Notes under the pieces: model-generated | Told to the model about the DNA's origin: nothing | Seen by the model: only the letters and a program-made list of their open reading frames with translations | Databases searched by the model: none | Assembly (NCBI GenBank): GCA_951406725.2 | Contig: OX597836.1 | Span: 7,440,001-7,504,000, forward strand | Source: Octopus vulgaris | Taxonomy: Eukaryota | DNA length: 64,000 bases | Direction: 5' to 3' | Translations under genes and position numbers: made by a program | Shown: positions 25,491 through 38,033 of the stretch, in pieces | Position numbering within the stretch: the first letter of the stretch is position 1 | Layout of the letters: each line of letters opens with the position of its first letter

Positions 25491-26702
25491 GTTAACAGGT
25501 ATTGCTTTGTTTTGTTAAGATTCTTTATTGCAATGTAAGTATAGTACAGTCAGGTGTGCAGCAGGTGCAACATTCATAAGATTACACATGTTATGTGACT
25601 CTCATCTCATCAGGCTGACCACATTAAGAAGCAGATCAATGACAAGTGGACATTTTTAATCCGAATTACCAACATCAAGAAAGGAAAAGAGGGTGGGGCT
25701 ACAACCTGTTGATCAATGAGGGTGAACAGCAGATGTAAATTGAGAGAAAAAGAAGAAAAAAAACAGTTAATGGCATTCCTATTGCAGTGATGTCATAAAA
25801 CTGAGCAATTCATCAAGGCCAGAAGTGGCAGAACATGCTTGTCTACCAGCAGATAGCAGGCACCAAGCGTGACATCTGACCCAATCAAAACATGTTCAAA
25901 GAACAGCTGCCGCCCTACTCATACAAAAACCATTTATGTTGCTATATTGTTTGGAGGTTTGTCTACATTAAGGATTGGCCAGCTCAGTAAAATAGAATTC
26001 AACATTAGTTATTCACTCTCTTTAATAAATTCATCTGAAACAGAAGTGCTGTGATTAATTATTGCAGAACTAATAAAGTATTAGCTTTAGTTGAGGAAGA
26101 GAGGTAAAAGAGAGAGAGGGGGAGGCTAATGAAGATTGAGAGAGAAAGAGGCTAATCAAGAATGAGAGAGGGAGAAAGAGAAAGAAGCTAATCGAGAGAG
26201 AGAGACTAATCAAGAATGAGAGAGAGAAAGAGAGAGTGAGGCCAATCAAGAATAAGAGAGAGAGAGATACTAATCGAGAGAGAGAGAGAGAGAGAGAGAG
26301 TGAAAGAGAGTGAGAGATCGAAAAAGAGTTGGGTGAGAAAGAGAGTGAGAGAGAGATGGTACAGAGGGGGGGGATTAAAAATGTAAATGGGATGGTGGAA
26401 TATTGCCAACGGTGCATGAATAGGGAGTAGGGACTTCACATGAATGCAAAGAGTGGGGTAGGGGTGGGAGGAGAACGCAGTGACTGGTGAAACCTGGGTA
26501 AGTAGAGAAGATTGGGGACAACAGGATAGCAATGACAAAGCGGGCAGAGCAGTGGGGACAGAATTGGGGAGTAAAAGATAAGCGAGGAGACATGAGAAAG
26601 AGATGTAGATTGGTTTGTTGAGACCAGGTTTAGGGAATTTGTTATTGTTACATGTGGATGACACACACAGCACTTCTAAAGCTCAGTTTTGTTGAAGTGG
26701 GG

Positions 26703-27028
26703 GAATCTTCTCAAGAACTTCATATCTCCAGACACCTCGGTGCCTTGTCATCTCCTCCGTGAGGCTGAACATCCTGAGGTCAGTCCCCACTACTTCATCC
26801 TATGACTTCCTGGGTCTCCCTCTTCCACAGGTACCATCCACTTTAAATGACTGACGCTTCTTTACAGAGATGTCTTCATTCATACGCATGCTAGTGCATT
26901 CATACGCATTCATTTCCATGCTAGCATGGGTTGGACAATTTGACTGAGGACTGGCGAGCCAGACGGCTGCACCAGGCTCCAGTCTGATCTGGCAGAGTTT
27001 CTACAGCTGGATGCCCTTCCTAATGCCA
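26703..27028 (-). mobile_element. RTE LINE C-terminal fragment (26703-26889) fused to an RTE 3' UTR piece (26914-27028)
   Basis: MRMNEDISVKKRQSFKVDGTCGRGRPRKS*DEVVGTDLRMFSLTEEMTRHRGVWRYEVLEK, containing the RTE G.R.RGRP...W motif. Confidence 0.9.
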
Positions 27029-27093
27029 AGACAAAGACAAGTGTATAAACAACAAACAGGTGTATTAGTTTGATACTCAAGAAAGTGAGAAAG

Positions 27094-27130
27094 TCTTTTA
27101 CATTTCAAGCCTATGCTCTTCATCAGAAAG
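27094..27130 (-). ncRNA. Minimal hammerhead ribozyme motif in a Penelope-like remnant (~27030-27175)
   Basis: Minus strand: CTTT CTGATGA A GAGC-atag-GCTT GAAA TGTA AAAG. Same family as 50611-50648; in stem II and stem III it differs by two CpG>TpG changes. Confidence 0.7.
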
Positions 27131-27637
27131 GAACACAAGGAAATAAACAGAGAGAGAATAAAAAAAATTTTGGAGTTAGCAAGGACCAGAAGATGCAGCA
27201 GATTTTCTTCAGGCTCCTTATGTGGAAAACATTGGTTTTATTCAGGTCTTTTCTTCCTAGCTGGCAAATTATAAATACTGCTTTATAATGTAAAAATCAT
27301 ATCATAATACCATTAGTAAATTAGTGCATGGGTTACCCTCTGTTGGGCAGTTATCACTAAAAATTGGTATTATTATTATTAAGGTGGTGAGCTGACAGAA
27401 TTATTGGTATGCAGGGTGAAATGTTTTGTGACATTGCTTCCAGTTTTATATTCTGAGTTCAAATTCCACCAAGGTCAGCTTTGCCTTTCATCCTCTTGGG
27501 GGTCAATAAAACAAATGCCATTTGAGCATTGGGGTTAATGAAATCACCTAGCCCCTCCCTTCAAATTTCCGGCTTTGTGTCAGAAGTATTTTGCTAGTGA
27601 ATGAGTTGTTTCAAAGGGAAGGGGTATATCAAGTGTA

Positions 27638-27754
27638 TCAAGTGTACTGTTGGCAAATTTCAGGAAGCATGGAAGTTTTGAAGGATGTAGTGTCCCGATA
27701 GCTAACAACTGATGTGAGTAATTTATTCCATGCTTCAGCAATTCTGAGCGTGAA
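27638..27754 (-). pseudogene. CR1-type LINE ORF2 C-terminal remnant
   Basis: FTLRIAEAWNKLLTSVVSYRDTTSFKTSMLPEICQQYT* matches the CR1/L2 terminal F..RV...WN.LP..VV......FK motif. Confidence 0.85.
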
Positions 27755-28249
27755 GTGAACCGTATCCGCCTTTTAATCACCATATCCTGCGAATTTCCCA
27801 CACCTGCTCTTCTCATAACCTCTTTGTTTTCCACTCTGTCCCAGCAACAGATTCCCGGAATTGAACATTGGCAGCATCAATGGAACACACCCAGCAATTC
27901 ATCATATCTTCACAGTCTTCTTCCTGATTTCACAGGGACAGAATTCCTGTTGACATAACAATTGATGATTATAGATACATTTTTATGTTCTTACTGATGG
28001 CCTTAAGTCTCAACATTGAATGATGGCATTGGAATACTAACATTGTTTACCCACTTTGGGGGATCTTTACCTTTTGACCTACAGATTTTAAAAAATAATA
28101 TCTTTGTAACTAAACACTTTCAAACTTCGGACACTGGTAGAATGTGTCATATAAAACATCTTTTACTCTTAGCATTTTTGAGAAAAACTTATATTTACGA
28201 AGTAGTTTCATGTTAAAGTAGTCCTATTTCGGTAATTTCAACCAAACGG

Positions 28250-29645
28250 CGATGGTGGTGGTGGTGGTGGTGGAAGAGGTGGTAGTGGTGGAGGCAGTGG
28301 TGGTGGTGATGGTGGTGTTGGTGGTGGTGGTGGTGGTGGTGGTGGTGGTGGAGGAGGTGGTAGTGGTGGAGGCAGTGGTGGTGGGGATGGTGGTGGCGGT
28401 GGGGGTGGAGGAGGTGGTAGTGGTGGAGGCAGTGGTGGAGGCAGTGGTGGTGGTGATGGTAGTGTTGATGGTGGTGGTGGTGTTGGTGGAGGTGGTAGTA
28501 GTGTTGGTAGTATGGGCATTAGTGGTGGTGACAGTGGTATTGCTGGTGTGTAGTTGCACCTATTTTTAAAGGATAAGTTTCAGTATTTACTCAGCTGGTT
28601 TCATGGAATTGGACCCTAAAAAGAAACTATCCTCTCCCTTTTTTGTTTCAAGCAGTTCTCTTACAGCTTCAGCAGAAGCACCAACACCACCACCTCTACC
28701 ACTACCATCACCACCACTGCCACCACCAGCAGCAGCAGCAGCAGCAGCACCACCACCACCACCACCACCATCACCATTGCCACCGTCGCCATCATTGCTA
28801 CAACACTCACTCACCCACCACCACCACCACCACCATCATCATCTCCCCCACACCGCCATCATCATCATCAACACCCCTACCATCGCACCACTACCCACAC
28901 CCCACTGCCATCACCTCCCATCCTCAAACCCCGCCACACACATCACCCCAATACTGCACCCCACCCCACCATCACCACTACCTCATACAACATATCACCA
29001 CCACCACCACCACCACCACCACCACCAATACCACAACCCCAACACTCCACCATCACTGCAACCCCATATTATCTTTTATCCCTTCTCAAGATGGAATTAA
29101 TTAGCAATTTCATTAGAAATTGGATAAGTTATAAATTATATAAACAGAGAGACCTTACGGCTCCAGCCCCAGCACTACCACCACCGCTACTACCAACATC
29201 AGCATCACCTCCATCATCACCACCAACACCACCACCATTATCATCATCACCACCACCACCACCACCATCACCACCACCACCACCACTGCCCACCACCACC
29301 ATCACCATCATCATCACCACCACCACCAACACTACTACCACCATCATCACCACCACCAACCACAAACCCAACCACCACCACCACCACTACCTCCATCATC
29401 ATCATCACTACCAACAACACCTTCACCACCATCATCACCACACCAACCACAAACCCAACCACCACCCCTACCACCACCACCACCACCACCACCATCATCA
29501 CCACACTAACCATAAACCCAACCACCACCACCATCACATCCATAACTTCTTTGTCCCCTATCCACGGACCATACTCAGAACGTGTGTGGTAATGGTGGTG
29601 ATGGTGGTGGTAATGGTGGTGGTGATGATGGTGGTGGTGGTGCTG
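28250..29645. repeat. (GGT)n/(CAC)n trinucleotide low-complexity blocks in both orientations
   Basis: Direct; source of the poly-P/H/T/V ORFs. Confidence 0.95.
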
Positions 29646-30164
29646 CTTTTTCCTTGTCGTTGTTGTGAAGGTGAGCTGCTCTGGATTAAAAATAAAAACC
29701 CTTACTATGTTACCGTGTTGTAATCTAAATAATGTTTCCAGTTACGATTGGAGTAAAGAGTAGGCTGGGAGGCAGAGGAGGAGAAACCAAGCTAAGCTAT
29801 TTCCTAGGGGCTACAGTCAGATAGGAAGACCCTGTCTTCCTATCCCTTAGCACTGATTGCTCCTTTTCCAAACCCCCAAACACCAAGATAAGTATTTACC
29901 TTAGATAAAATTATAATAACATACCTTCCTCTTTTACACACACATATATACACATGCACGTATGTATTTTACATGTGTTTATATATATACATATATATAT
30001 ATATACATATACATCCACACATACATGCACAAACACACACACACACATGCACACACATGTACCCCCCCCCCCCACATACCTATCTTTCATCTTCCCTGTT
30101 TTGTTTTACACAAGATATGAGCAAATGATCATCTTGTATTTTAATTATTAAATTTCTAGTGAGG

Positions 30165-30227
<63 letters not shown>

Positions 30228-30325
30228 TATATATCCCTGAGCGGCTGCTAATACTTTACATGTACCACATCCTCACGTTATTTTTTTTGTTCTTTGTTTT
30301 TATATATATATACACACACACATAC

Positions 30326-30443
<118 letters not shown>

Positions 30444-30596
30444 GCATATACTTTTTTTATTTGTGAGTTAACAAGGTGAATGATGGTTTCATGTAAAGAG
30501 AGTTCTCTTTACAATTTTCAAGTGTATCACTTTGATATTCTCATCCAAAATGGAGACAAGTTCCAATGTTTCCGTGTGGTACACTTGAAAATTCTA

Positions 30597-31912
30597 AGCA
30601 GTGCTGGAACTTTTGAAAGGTGATGCCTTTTAATGCCTCTTTTGTTTTTTTCCTCCACATCTGCAAATTCCATAGCATCAGCTTTCATTTCCAGTGATGG
30701 CCTTCAAAAAGAAACAAAAAAAGAACGGTCTGGATCAGCTTCCAACAGTTCTTTCAGTTCATAGGATGTATTCAGTCTTGACTGCTTTTGCAGGCAAGGC
30801 ACAAATTTTGCTGCAACCCTTTCCATTCGCAATTCCCCACTTAAAATTCGTTGGCAGGGGCTCAAAGGACACATCAGTCATATCAACAAGTTCATCAATT
30901 GTTTGTTAATGGTCCTTCAAGAACAGTTCATGGATTTTTGTGATTTTTGCATTCATTCGGGTGGCCGATGATCACCCTGAATGAGGTTGTTCTTCAAGCA
31001 ACGAGTGACCATTCCTATAGGGTGGAAACCACCCGTAAGCTTGTGTTTTGCTCATGGCAGGTGTCTTTCAAGCTGTTTCTGCTGCCCTTTTTCCCCAGTA
31101 GAAAACTGAATTACCCAGAAGCACGCTGTTCCTTCATTTCATATTTCTTTATTGCCCACAAGGGGCTAAACATAGAAGGGACAAACAAGGACAGACAAAG
31201 GGATTAAGTCAATAACATCGACCCTAGTGCGTAACTGGTACTTAATTTATCGACCCCGAAAGGATGAAGGGCAAAGTCGACCTCGGCAGAATTTGGGCAG
31301 ATGAAATACCTATTTCTTTACTACCCACAAGGGGCTAAACATAGAAGGGACAAACAAGGACAGACAAACGGATTAAGTCAATAACATCGACCCTAGTGCG
31401 TAACTGGTACTTAATTTATCGACCCCGAAAGGATGAAGGGCAAAGTCGACCTCGGCAGAATTTGGGCAGATGAAATACCTATTTCTTTACTACCCACAAG
31501 GGGCTAAACACAGAAGGGACAAACAAGGACAGACAAACGGATTAAGTCGGTTATATCGACCCCAGTATGTAACTGGTACTTATTTCATTGAACCCGAAAG
31601 GATGAAAGGCAAAGTTGACCTCGGCAGAATTTGAACTCAGAATGTAGTGGCAGATGAAATACCGCTAAGTATTTCGCCCGGCGTGCTAACGTTTCTGCCA
31701 GCTCGCCACCCTGTTCCTTCATCTCAGCCATCACAAAAATCAATGAACAGGAGAGGAGCACTGCAAAACAATAATGCACCACATGGCATTATGACTTCAC
31801 AGGACGGCGCCAGTCAGCAGGCTGATGCCTGAGGGTTGCATCAAGTGGTTCCTAACAGCAGAAACCTGGACTACAGAGAACGTTTTCGGTTACTTTTGGC
31901 TACCCCCTTCAT
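30597..31912 (-). mobile_element. Internally deleted mariner element, interrupted by a SINE trimer
   Basis: Minus-strand peptides MKEQRASG*FSFLLGK, MSKTQAYGWFPPYRNGHSLLEEQPHSG*SSATRMNAKITKIHELFLKDH*QTIDELVDMTDVS, RVAAKFVP and FADVEE/KTKEALKGITFQKFQHC; TIR-like end at ~31885-31912. Confidence 0.9.
31138..31710 (-). mobile_element. Family B SINE tandem trimer flanked by a 12-bp target-site duplication
   Basis: TSD CTGTTCCTTCAT at 31126-31137 and 31711-31722; three units with ~169-bp periodicity. Confidence 0.92.
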
Positions 31913-32492
31913 ATATACATATACGACAGGTTTCTTTGAGTTTCCATCTACCAAATCCACTCACATGGCTTTGGTTGACCCAAGGCTATAATAGATGACA
32001 CTTGCCCATGGTGCCACACAGTGGGACTGAACCCGAAACCATGCGGTTGAGAAGCAAGCTTCTTACCACAAAGCCACACCTGCACCTAAGGCACATCTGT
32101 GATTATGTCTTTAAAAAAAACCAAAATGAAAAAGAAAGAATGGAGTGATAGTCACAGCTGGAATGTCTTTAAATTTAGGTCTTCTCAGTCAGAGCTATTT
32201 TGGAGCCAAAGCAACAACAACTTTATTTATAGCTTTTGAGCTCCCTAAAAAAAGGGAGAGAAACAGGTACTTTGTTGTTTGTTGGGCGACCTTCACTCCC
32301 CCCCTCTATTACCCATCTGTCTTTCTGTTTAATTTTTTTTTTTTTGACTCATCCAGTCTCCCTAAAGTGCACCCCTTGTGCTGCAACCAGCCTCCAAACC
32401 ACCTAAGCCCCCCCTTAAGCATTCCCTACCACTGTCATTATTGCTGTGACAGTGCTGTGAGAATCCCTGATTTATTCCCTCTCCCCACACAC

Positions 32493-32538
<46 letters not shown>

Positions 32539-33062
32539 GCACGCACCTTCCCTTTGTTTCCCTGCAGCAAGGATGGCAGCGACGGTGGTAGAGGTGGTGG
32601 TGGTGGTGTTGGTGTTGGTGGTGGTGGTGGTTTGGTGTTTAACAAAAGAAGGGAGGCACTACCTACTCCCAGACACCCTCCCCCCCACGAACACTACTTT
32701 CCCCCACAAGTCAATTGAACTGAAAACTTTATTGTTCTAACAAAGAAAAAAAAACAAAATTAAAAAATTAAAAAAAGTAGAATGATAAAAAAACGACCCC
32801 TTAGTAACACCCACAGCCCCCACCCATTTATATTTTTCAGTGGGATCTCTTATTGTTCCTCGGGCTTTTGTGTGTTCCCTCCCCTACTTTAATATGTACA
32901 GATAACTTAATTGCACACAAGTCAATGATAGAGAGGGGGGGATGTCTCTTCCCAGTCAGTCAATCAACCTGCTAGAATTAGCAGCTAAATCTCCCTCAAA
33001 TCACACCTTGCTCTCTTTTCTCTAAGAAAAGAGGGGGAAAAAAAGGGCACATTTGATACTAG

Positions 33063-33277
33063 CTTCAAATTTTGGTACAAGACCAGCAATCTCGGAGCAG
33101 TGGGGTAAGTTGATTACACAAACCCCAGTGTGCAACTGGTACATATTTTATCAATTCTGAAACGATGAGAGGCAGAGCTGACCTCGGCTGAATTTGAACT
33201 CAGAACATAGCAACAGACAAAATGCTGCTAAGCATTTTGCTCAGAGTGCTAACAACTTTGCTGGTTCACCACCTTAC

Positions 33278-33374
<97 letters not shown>

Positions 33375-33751
33375 TATTCAGACAAATACATAACAAAAAC
33401 ACCAGGACTTACAAACACATATAACATACAGAAAATTGCACTACTAGGCACTGCACACATCCTACGCAGAACACTTTCCATACAATAACCATCAGAACAT
33501 CACAACAAATCACAGCACATACCCAAGGCACACAGAGCTGCGCTCGGTAGTGAAGTGAAAGCACGCTATAAAAATAAAACTACTGAATAATAATAATAAT
33601 ATATTTCTTTATTGCCCACAGGGGGTTAAACATAGAGGGGACAAACAAGGACAGACAAACAGATTAAGTTGATTATATCGACCCCAGTGTGTAACTGGTA
33701 CTTTATTTATCGACCCCGAAAGGATGAAAGGCAAAGTCGACTTAATAATAC

Positions 33752-33814
<63 letters not shown>

Positions 33815-34017
33815 TAATAATAACAATAATGGTTTCAAATTTTGCCATTTTGAAGGAGGGGACAAGTCGATTATATCGACCCCAGTGTTGAGCTGGTACT
33901 TATTTTATGGACCCTGAAAGGATGAAAGGCAAAACTGACCTCGGCGGCATTTGAACTCAGGACGTAGCGACAGACAAATTACCTCTAAGCATTTCACCCG
34001 TTGTGCTTGCTGCCTTA

Positions 34018-34088
<71 letters not shown>

Positions 34089-34190
34089 CCTTTCTACTAT
34101 AGGCTCAAGGGTAGCAATTTGTGGGGAGGGGGTGAGCCAATTACATCGCCTCCTAATATTCAACTGGTACTTATTTTATCGATCCCGAAA
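33063..34190 (-). mobile_element. Cluster of four family B SINEs separated by (TAA)n
   Basis: Copies at about 33063-33275, 33601-33742, 33830-34016 and 34088-34190. Confidence 0.85.
33368..33600 (+). mobile_element. R4/Dong-like retrotransposon 3' end inserted in (TAA)n
   Basis: KKYSDKYITKTPGLTNTYNIQKIALLGTAHILRRTLSIQ* (RLE-element C-terminal IQK..LLGTA.ILR motif), ~100-nt UTR, (AAT)n on both sides. Confidence 0.88.
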
Positions 34191-35375
34191 TGATACTATA
34201 GCCTTGAGTTTTTTCCTCCACCTCTACATATATATGTATGTGTTTGTGTGTCTGTGTTTGTCCCCACAACATCGCTTGACAACTGATGCTGGTGCATTTA
34301 GATCCCCATAACTTAGATGTTTGGCAAAAGAGACCGATAAAATAAGTACTAGGCTTTCAAAGAATAAGTCCTGAGGTGGATTTGCTCGACTAAAGGTGGT
34401 GCTCCAGTATGGCCGCATTCAAATGATTGAAACAAGTCAAAATATATATATATAGATGACTAGCTTCTTTCAGATTCTGTCTACCAAATCTGCTCACAAG
34501 GCTTTGGTTGGCTTGAGGCTATAGCAGAAGACACTTGTCCAACGTGCCACACAGTGGGACTGAACCCAGAACCATGTGGTCGGGAAGCAAGCTTCTTACC
34601 ACACAGCCATTCCTGCATCTATCTTTATCTTTCTTTATCTTTATCTAGTTTCAGCTCACGAGCTGTGGCCATGCTGGGGCACCGCCATTGGTATATGTAT
34701 ATTTATTTCCAGAAATATATTTCATGACAGACTTGTTTTGGTTTCTCTCTGCCAAATTCACTTGTGAGACTTTGGTCGGCCTGGGGCTATAGTAGAAGAC
34801 ATTTACCCTCGGTGCTGTGCAGTGGGACTGAACCCAAGACCGTGTGGGTTGCCAAGCGAGCTTCTTGATCACACTGCCATGCCATGCAGCATTCCTGAAG
34901 GACTGGATGGCCATAGCTGGATTACTTTTGGCAATATAGACCTCATTGAACAGGACCAAGTCGGAGATAAAACCACTACAAAAATAACGAAAGATCAATG
35001 AGAAGACGCACAGGGTCTGAAAATGAGACATACAAAAGGTGATGGTCACAAGTGGAATGACTGATTATGGATGTGGTAGGGTGTGCCTGATCAGGACTAC
35101 CCTAGCAATAACCATTGCATCAGATCTTAATATTGATTCACAATTCTAGCTAAATATTGGAGCCAATAAAGTGACTCAGGGTTGATTCTATAGAAATTGT
35201 TGTTGTCAACCATCCCACTTCCATCTTCTAAACGTTTCTGTCCGTCTGCCTGCCTGTCTACTTGTCTGTCTGTCTTCTTACCAGACTGTTTGTCAGTCTG
35301 CCTTTTTATCTGTCTATGGATCTGCTTGTCTCCCTCCCTCCCAGTCTGTCAATCTATGTTTGTCTGGATGTTCGG

Positions 35376-35446
<71 letters not shown>

Positions 35447-35455
35447 CCTACCTAC

Positions 35456-35640
<185 letters not shown>

Positions 35641-35678
35641 CACCCATACGTACATGCATACATACATTTTGCTGTGAG

Positions 35679-36065
35679 GTGCAGGAGTGGCTGTGTGGTA
35701 AGTAGCTTGCTTATCAACCACATGGTTCTGGGTTCAGTCCCACTGTGTGACACCTTGAGCAAGTGTCTTCTACTCTAGCCTCGGGCTGACCAAAGACTTG
35801 TGAGTGGATTTCATAGACAGAAACTGAAAGAAGCCTATTGTATATGTGTGTGTGTGTGTGTGTGTGTCTGTATTTGTCCCACCAATATCACTTGACAACC
35901 GATTCTGGTGTGTTTAGTCGCCATAACTTAGCGGTTCAGCATAAAAGACCAACAGAATGAGTCCTAAGCTTACAAAGAATAAGTCCTGCTGTTGATTTTC
36001 CTCGACTAAAGGCAGTGCTCCAGCATGGCCGCAGTCAAATGACTGAAACAAGTAAAAGAATAAAA
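35679..36065 (+). mobile_element. Family A SINE, full length; partial copies nearby at 34230-34440 (+) and 34460-34617 (-)
   Basis: Similarity to 12731-13122. Confidence 0.9.
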
Positions 36066-36167
36066 TAACATATATATATGTTTGTGTGTGTATTTATATA
36101 TATATATATGTATGTATATGTAAATTAGAATAAGAAATAGAAGGTCCTTTATACAGTATTACATATT

Positions 36168-36291
36168 TGAAAAGATGAATACAAAAGTCTTTTCTGATAA
36201 TTTTTCCACTTCAATAATTGTTTAAACATATAAACATCTAATTATCTAAGTGGAAAAATGACCAGAAAAGCCATTTGTATTCAGTTTTTCA
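36168..36291. repeat. Diverged fold-back with ~50-bp arms between (TA)n tracts
   Basis: TGAATACAAAAGTCTTTTCTGATAATTTTTCCACTT is mirrored by AAGTGGAAAAATGACCAGAAAAGCCATTTGTATTCA. Confidence 0.85.
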
Positions 36292-36637
36292 TATATATAT
36301 ATATATATATTCTTTTATTATTTTTTTGGTATGTTTTAGCCCTAATGCTGTAGCCATACTGGAGCACGATAAGAAGTGAACTACAGCCAGTGTGTGTTTT
36401 ATTTACAGAATTACTATTTCATTCTTTAGTCCCAGTTTTGGCCCTGATCAAGAAGCTCTCTGTCCAAAGACGTTTCAGCTATGACTGTCTCATCTTTTGG
36501 CGTTCCTTCGGTATTGGTCTAGAGACTGTCAGCGTAACGAGACGACGTCATTCAACCCCCCTTTTCAGCCTAGCTTTTTTTTTTATCTCTTGTGAGGGTG
36601 AATGACGTCGTATACCAATATCGAAGGATTGCCCATT

Positions 36638-36682
<45 letters not shown>

Positions 36683-37761
36683 CGGACTACATTGTCCAAA
36701 ATGTCGGTTTTTCATCCTTCAAGCCGATAGTGTGTGATTTGAGGGAGATTTGGTTGTGTTTTCTAGATCAAAAGGACCACGACGTGGCTCACTCGCTGAT
36801 TCATGTGGTTGTCGAAATGTTTGTGACGATGTTATTATTGTTTCGATGAGTGTGACGGTGTTGGCGGCGGCAGCGGTGTTGGTGGTGTTGGCGGTGGTGG
36901 TGTTGGTGGTGGTGGTGGTGGTGGTGGTGAGTGATGTCATAGTTGTGACATTGTTTTTATTGTTTGTGACGTAGTGGTTGTGGTGGTATTGAAGTTATGG
37001 TTTTTTTTTATTGTTGTGTTTATTGTAAAGTCGATATTATCATGATGTTGTTGTTGATGATGATGGAATAGTTTAACCCCGAGTCTGTCCTGATCCAGCA
37101 AGACGTATGATTGATCATCAAAAGCATTCCACTCGTGACCCATCTCCCCTCCCCGTCACATTCAGACATGGTCTATCTAGGACTCCCTTGTCTAATGTGT
37201 ATTTCCCTAACAAAAATATTTCATAGGGAACACATTTCCCTCCCACACACTAACACCCATCTTTGTTATTGATATCCGTGTCTTCCTCTTCCCGTTCCCT
37301 TCTTTGAATATCTTTGTCCCCTTCCCCCCTCTCTCTCTCTGTCCCTTTTCCCTTTTCCCTCCCTTTTATTTCTCTTTCCTTCACTTTTGCTTTTCTGGTT
37401 TGCTTTTACTCTTTTCTTTTCTTTTCTCTCTCTCTCTCTCTCTTTCATACACACAACTTACTATCTCTCTTTCTTGCTCTCTCTCTCTTTCATACACACA
37501 ACTTACTATCTCTCTCTCTCATACTCATAACTTACTATATATATCTCTCTCTCTCTCTCATACACGTTATTTTCTATCTTTTTCTCTGTCTCTCATACAC
37601 ACACACACACACACACAACCCAAAACTTTCCCTCTCTTATACAACTTACTCTTTCTTTCCATACATACAAAACTTTCTTTCTCCCCTCCCTCTCTCATAC
37701 ACACAACTTACTATCTCTCTTTCTCATACGCACACCTTACTGTCTTTCTCTCACACGCACA

Positions 37762-37797
<36 letters not shown>

Positions 37798-38002
37798 TCC
37801 TCTCTCTCTTAGAAAACAACTTTCTCTTTCACAACTTTCTGTCTTTCTCTCACAAATCCCTTTCTCACCACTTTAACCCCGCCACAACTCACGCTATCTC
37901 TCTCTTACTACGCTGCCTCCCTCTCTATCTGTCTATCTGTCTCTCTCTCTCTCTTTCTCTCGTTACACACCATCTCTTTTCCTTTCTCTCATTTTCACTC
38001 TT

Positions 38003-38033
<31 letters not shown>

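Noticed and set aside
28603-29723. Poly-Pro/Ala/His/Gln ORFs resembling a transcription-factor low-complexity region
   Set aside because: Open in several frames because (CAC/CAG)n lacks stops; no adjacent domain or convincing splice sites.
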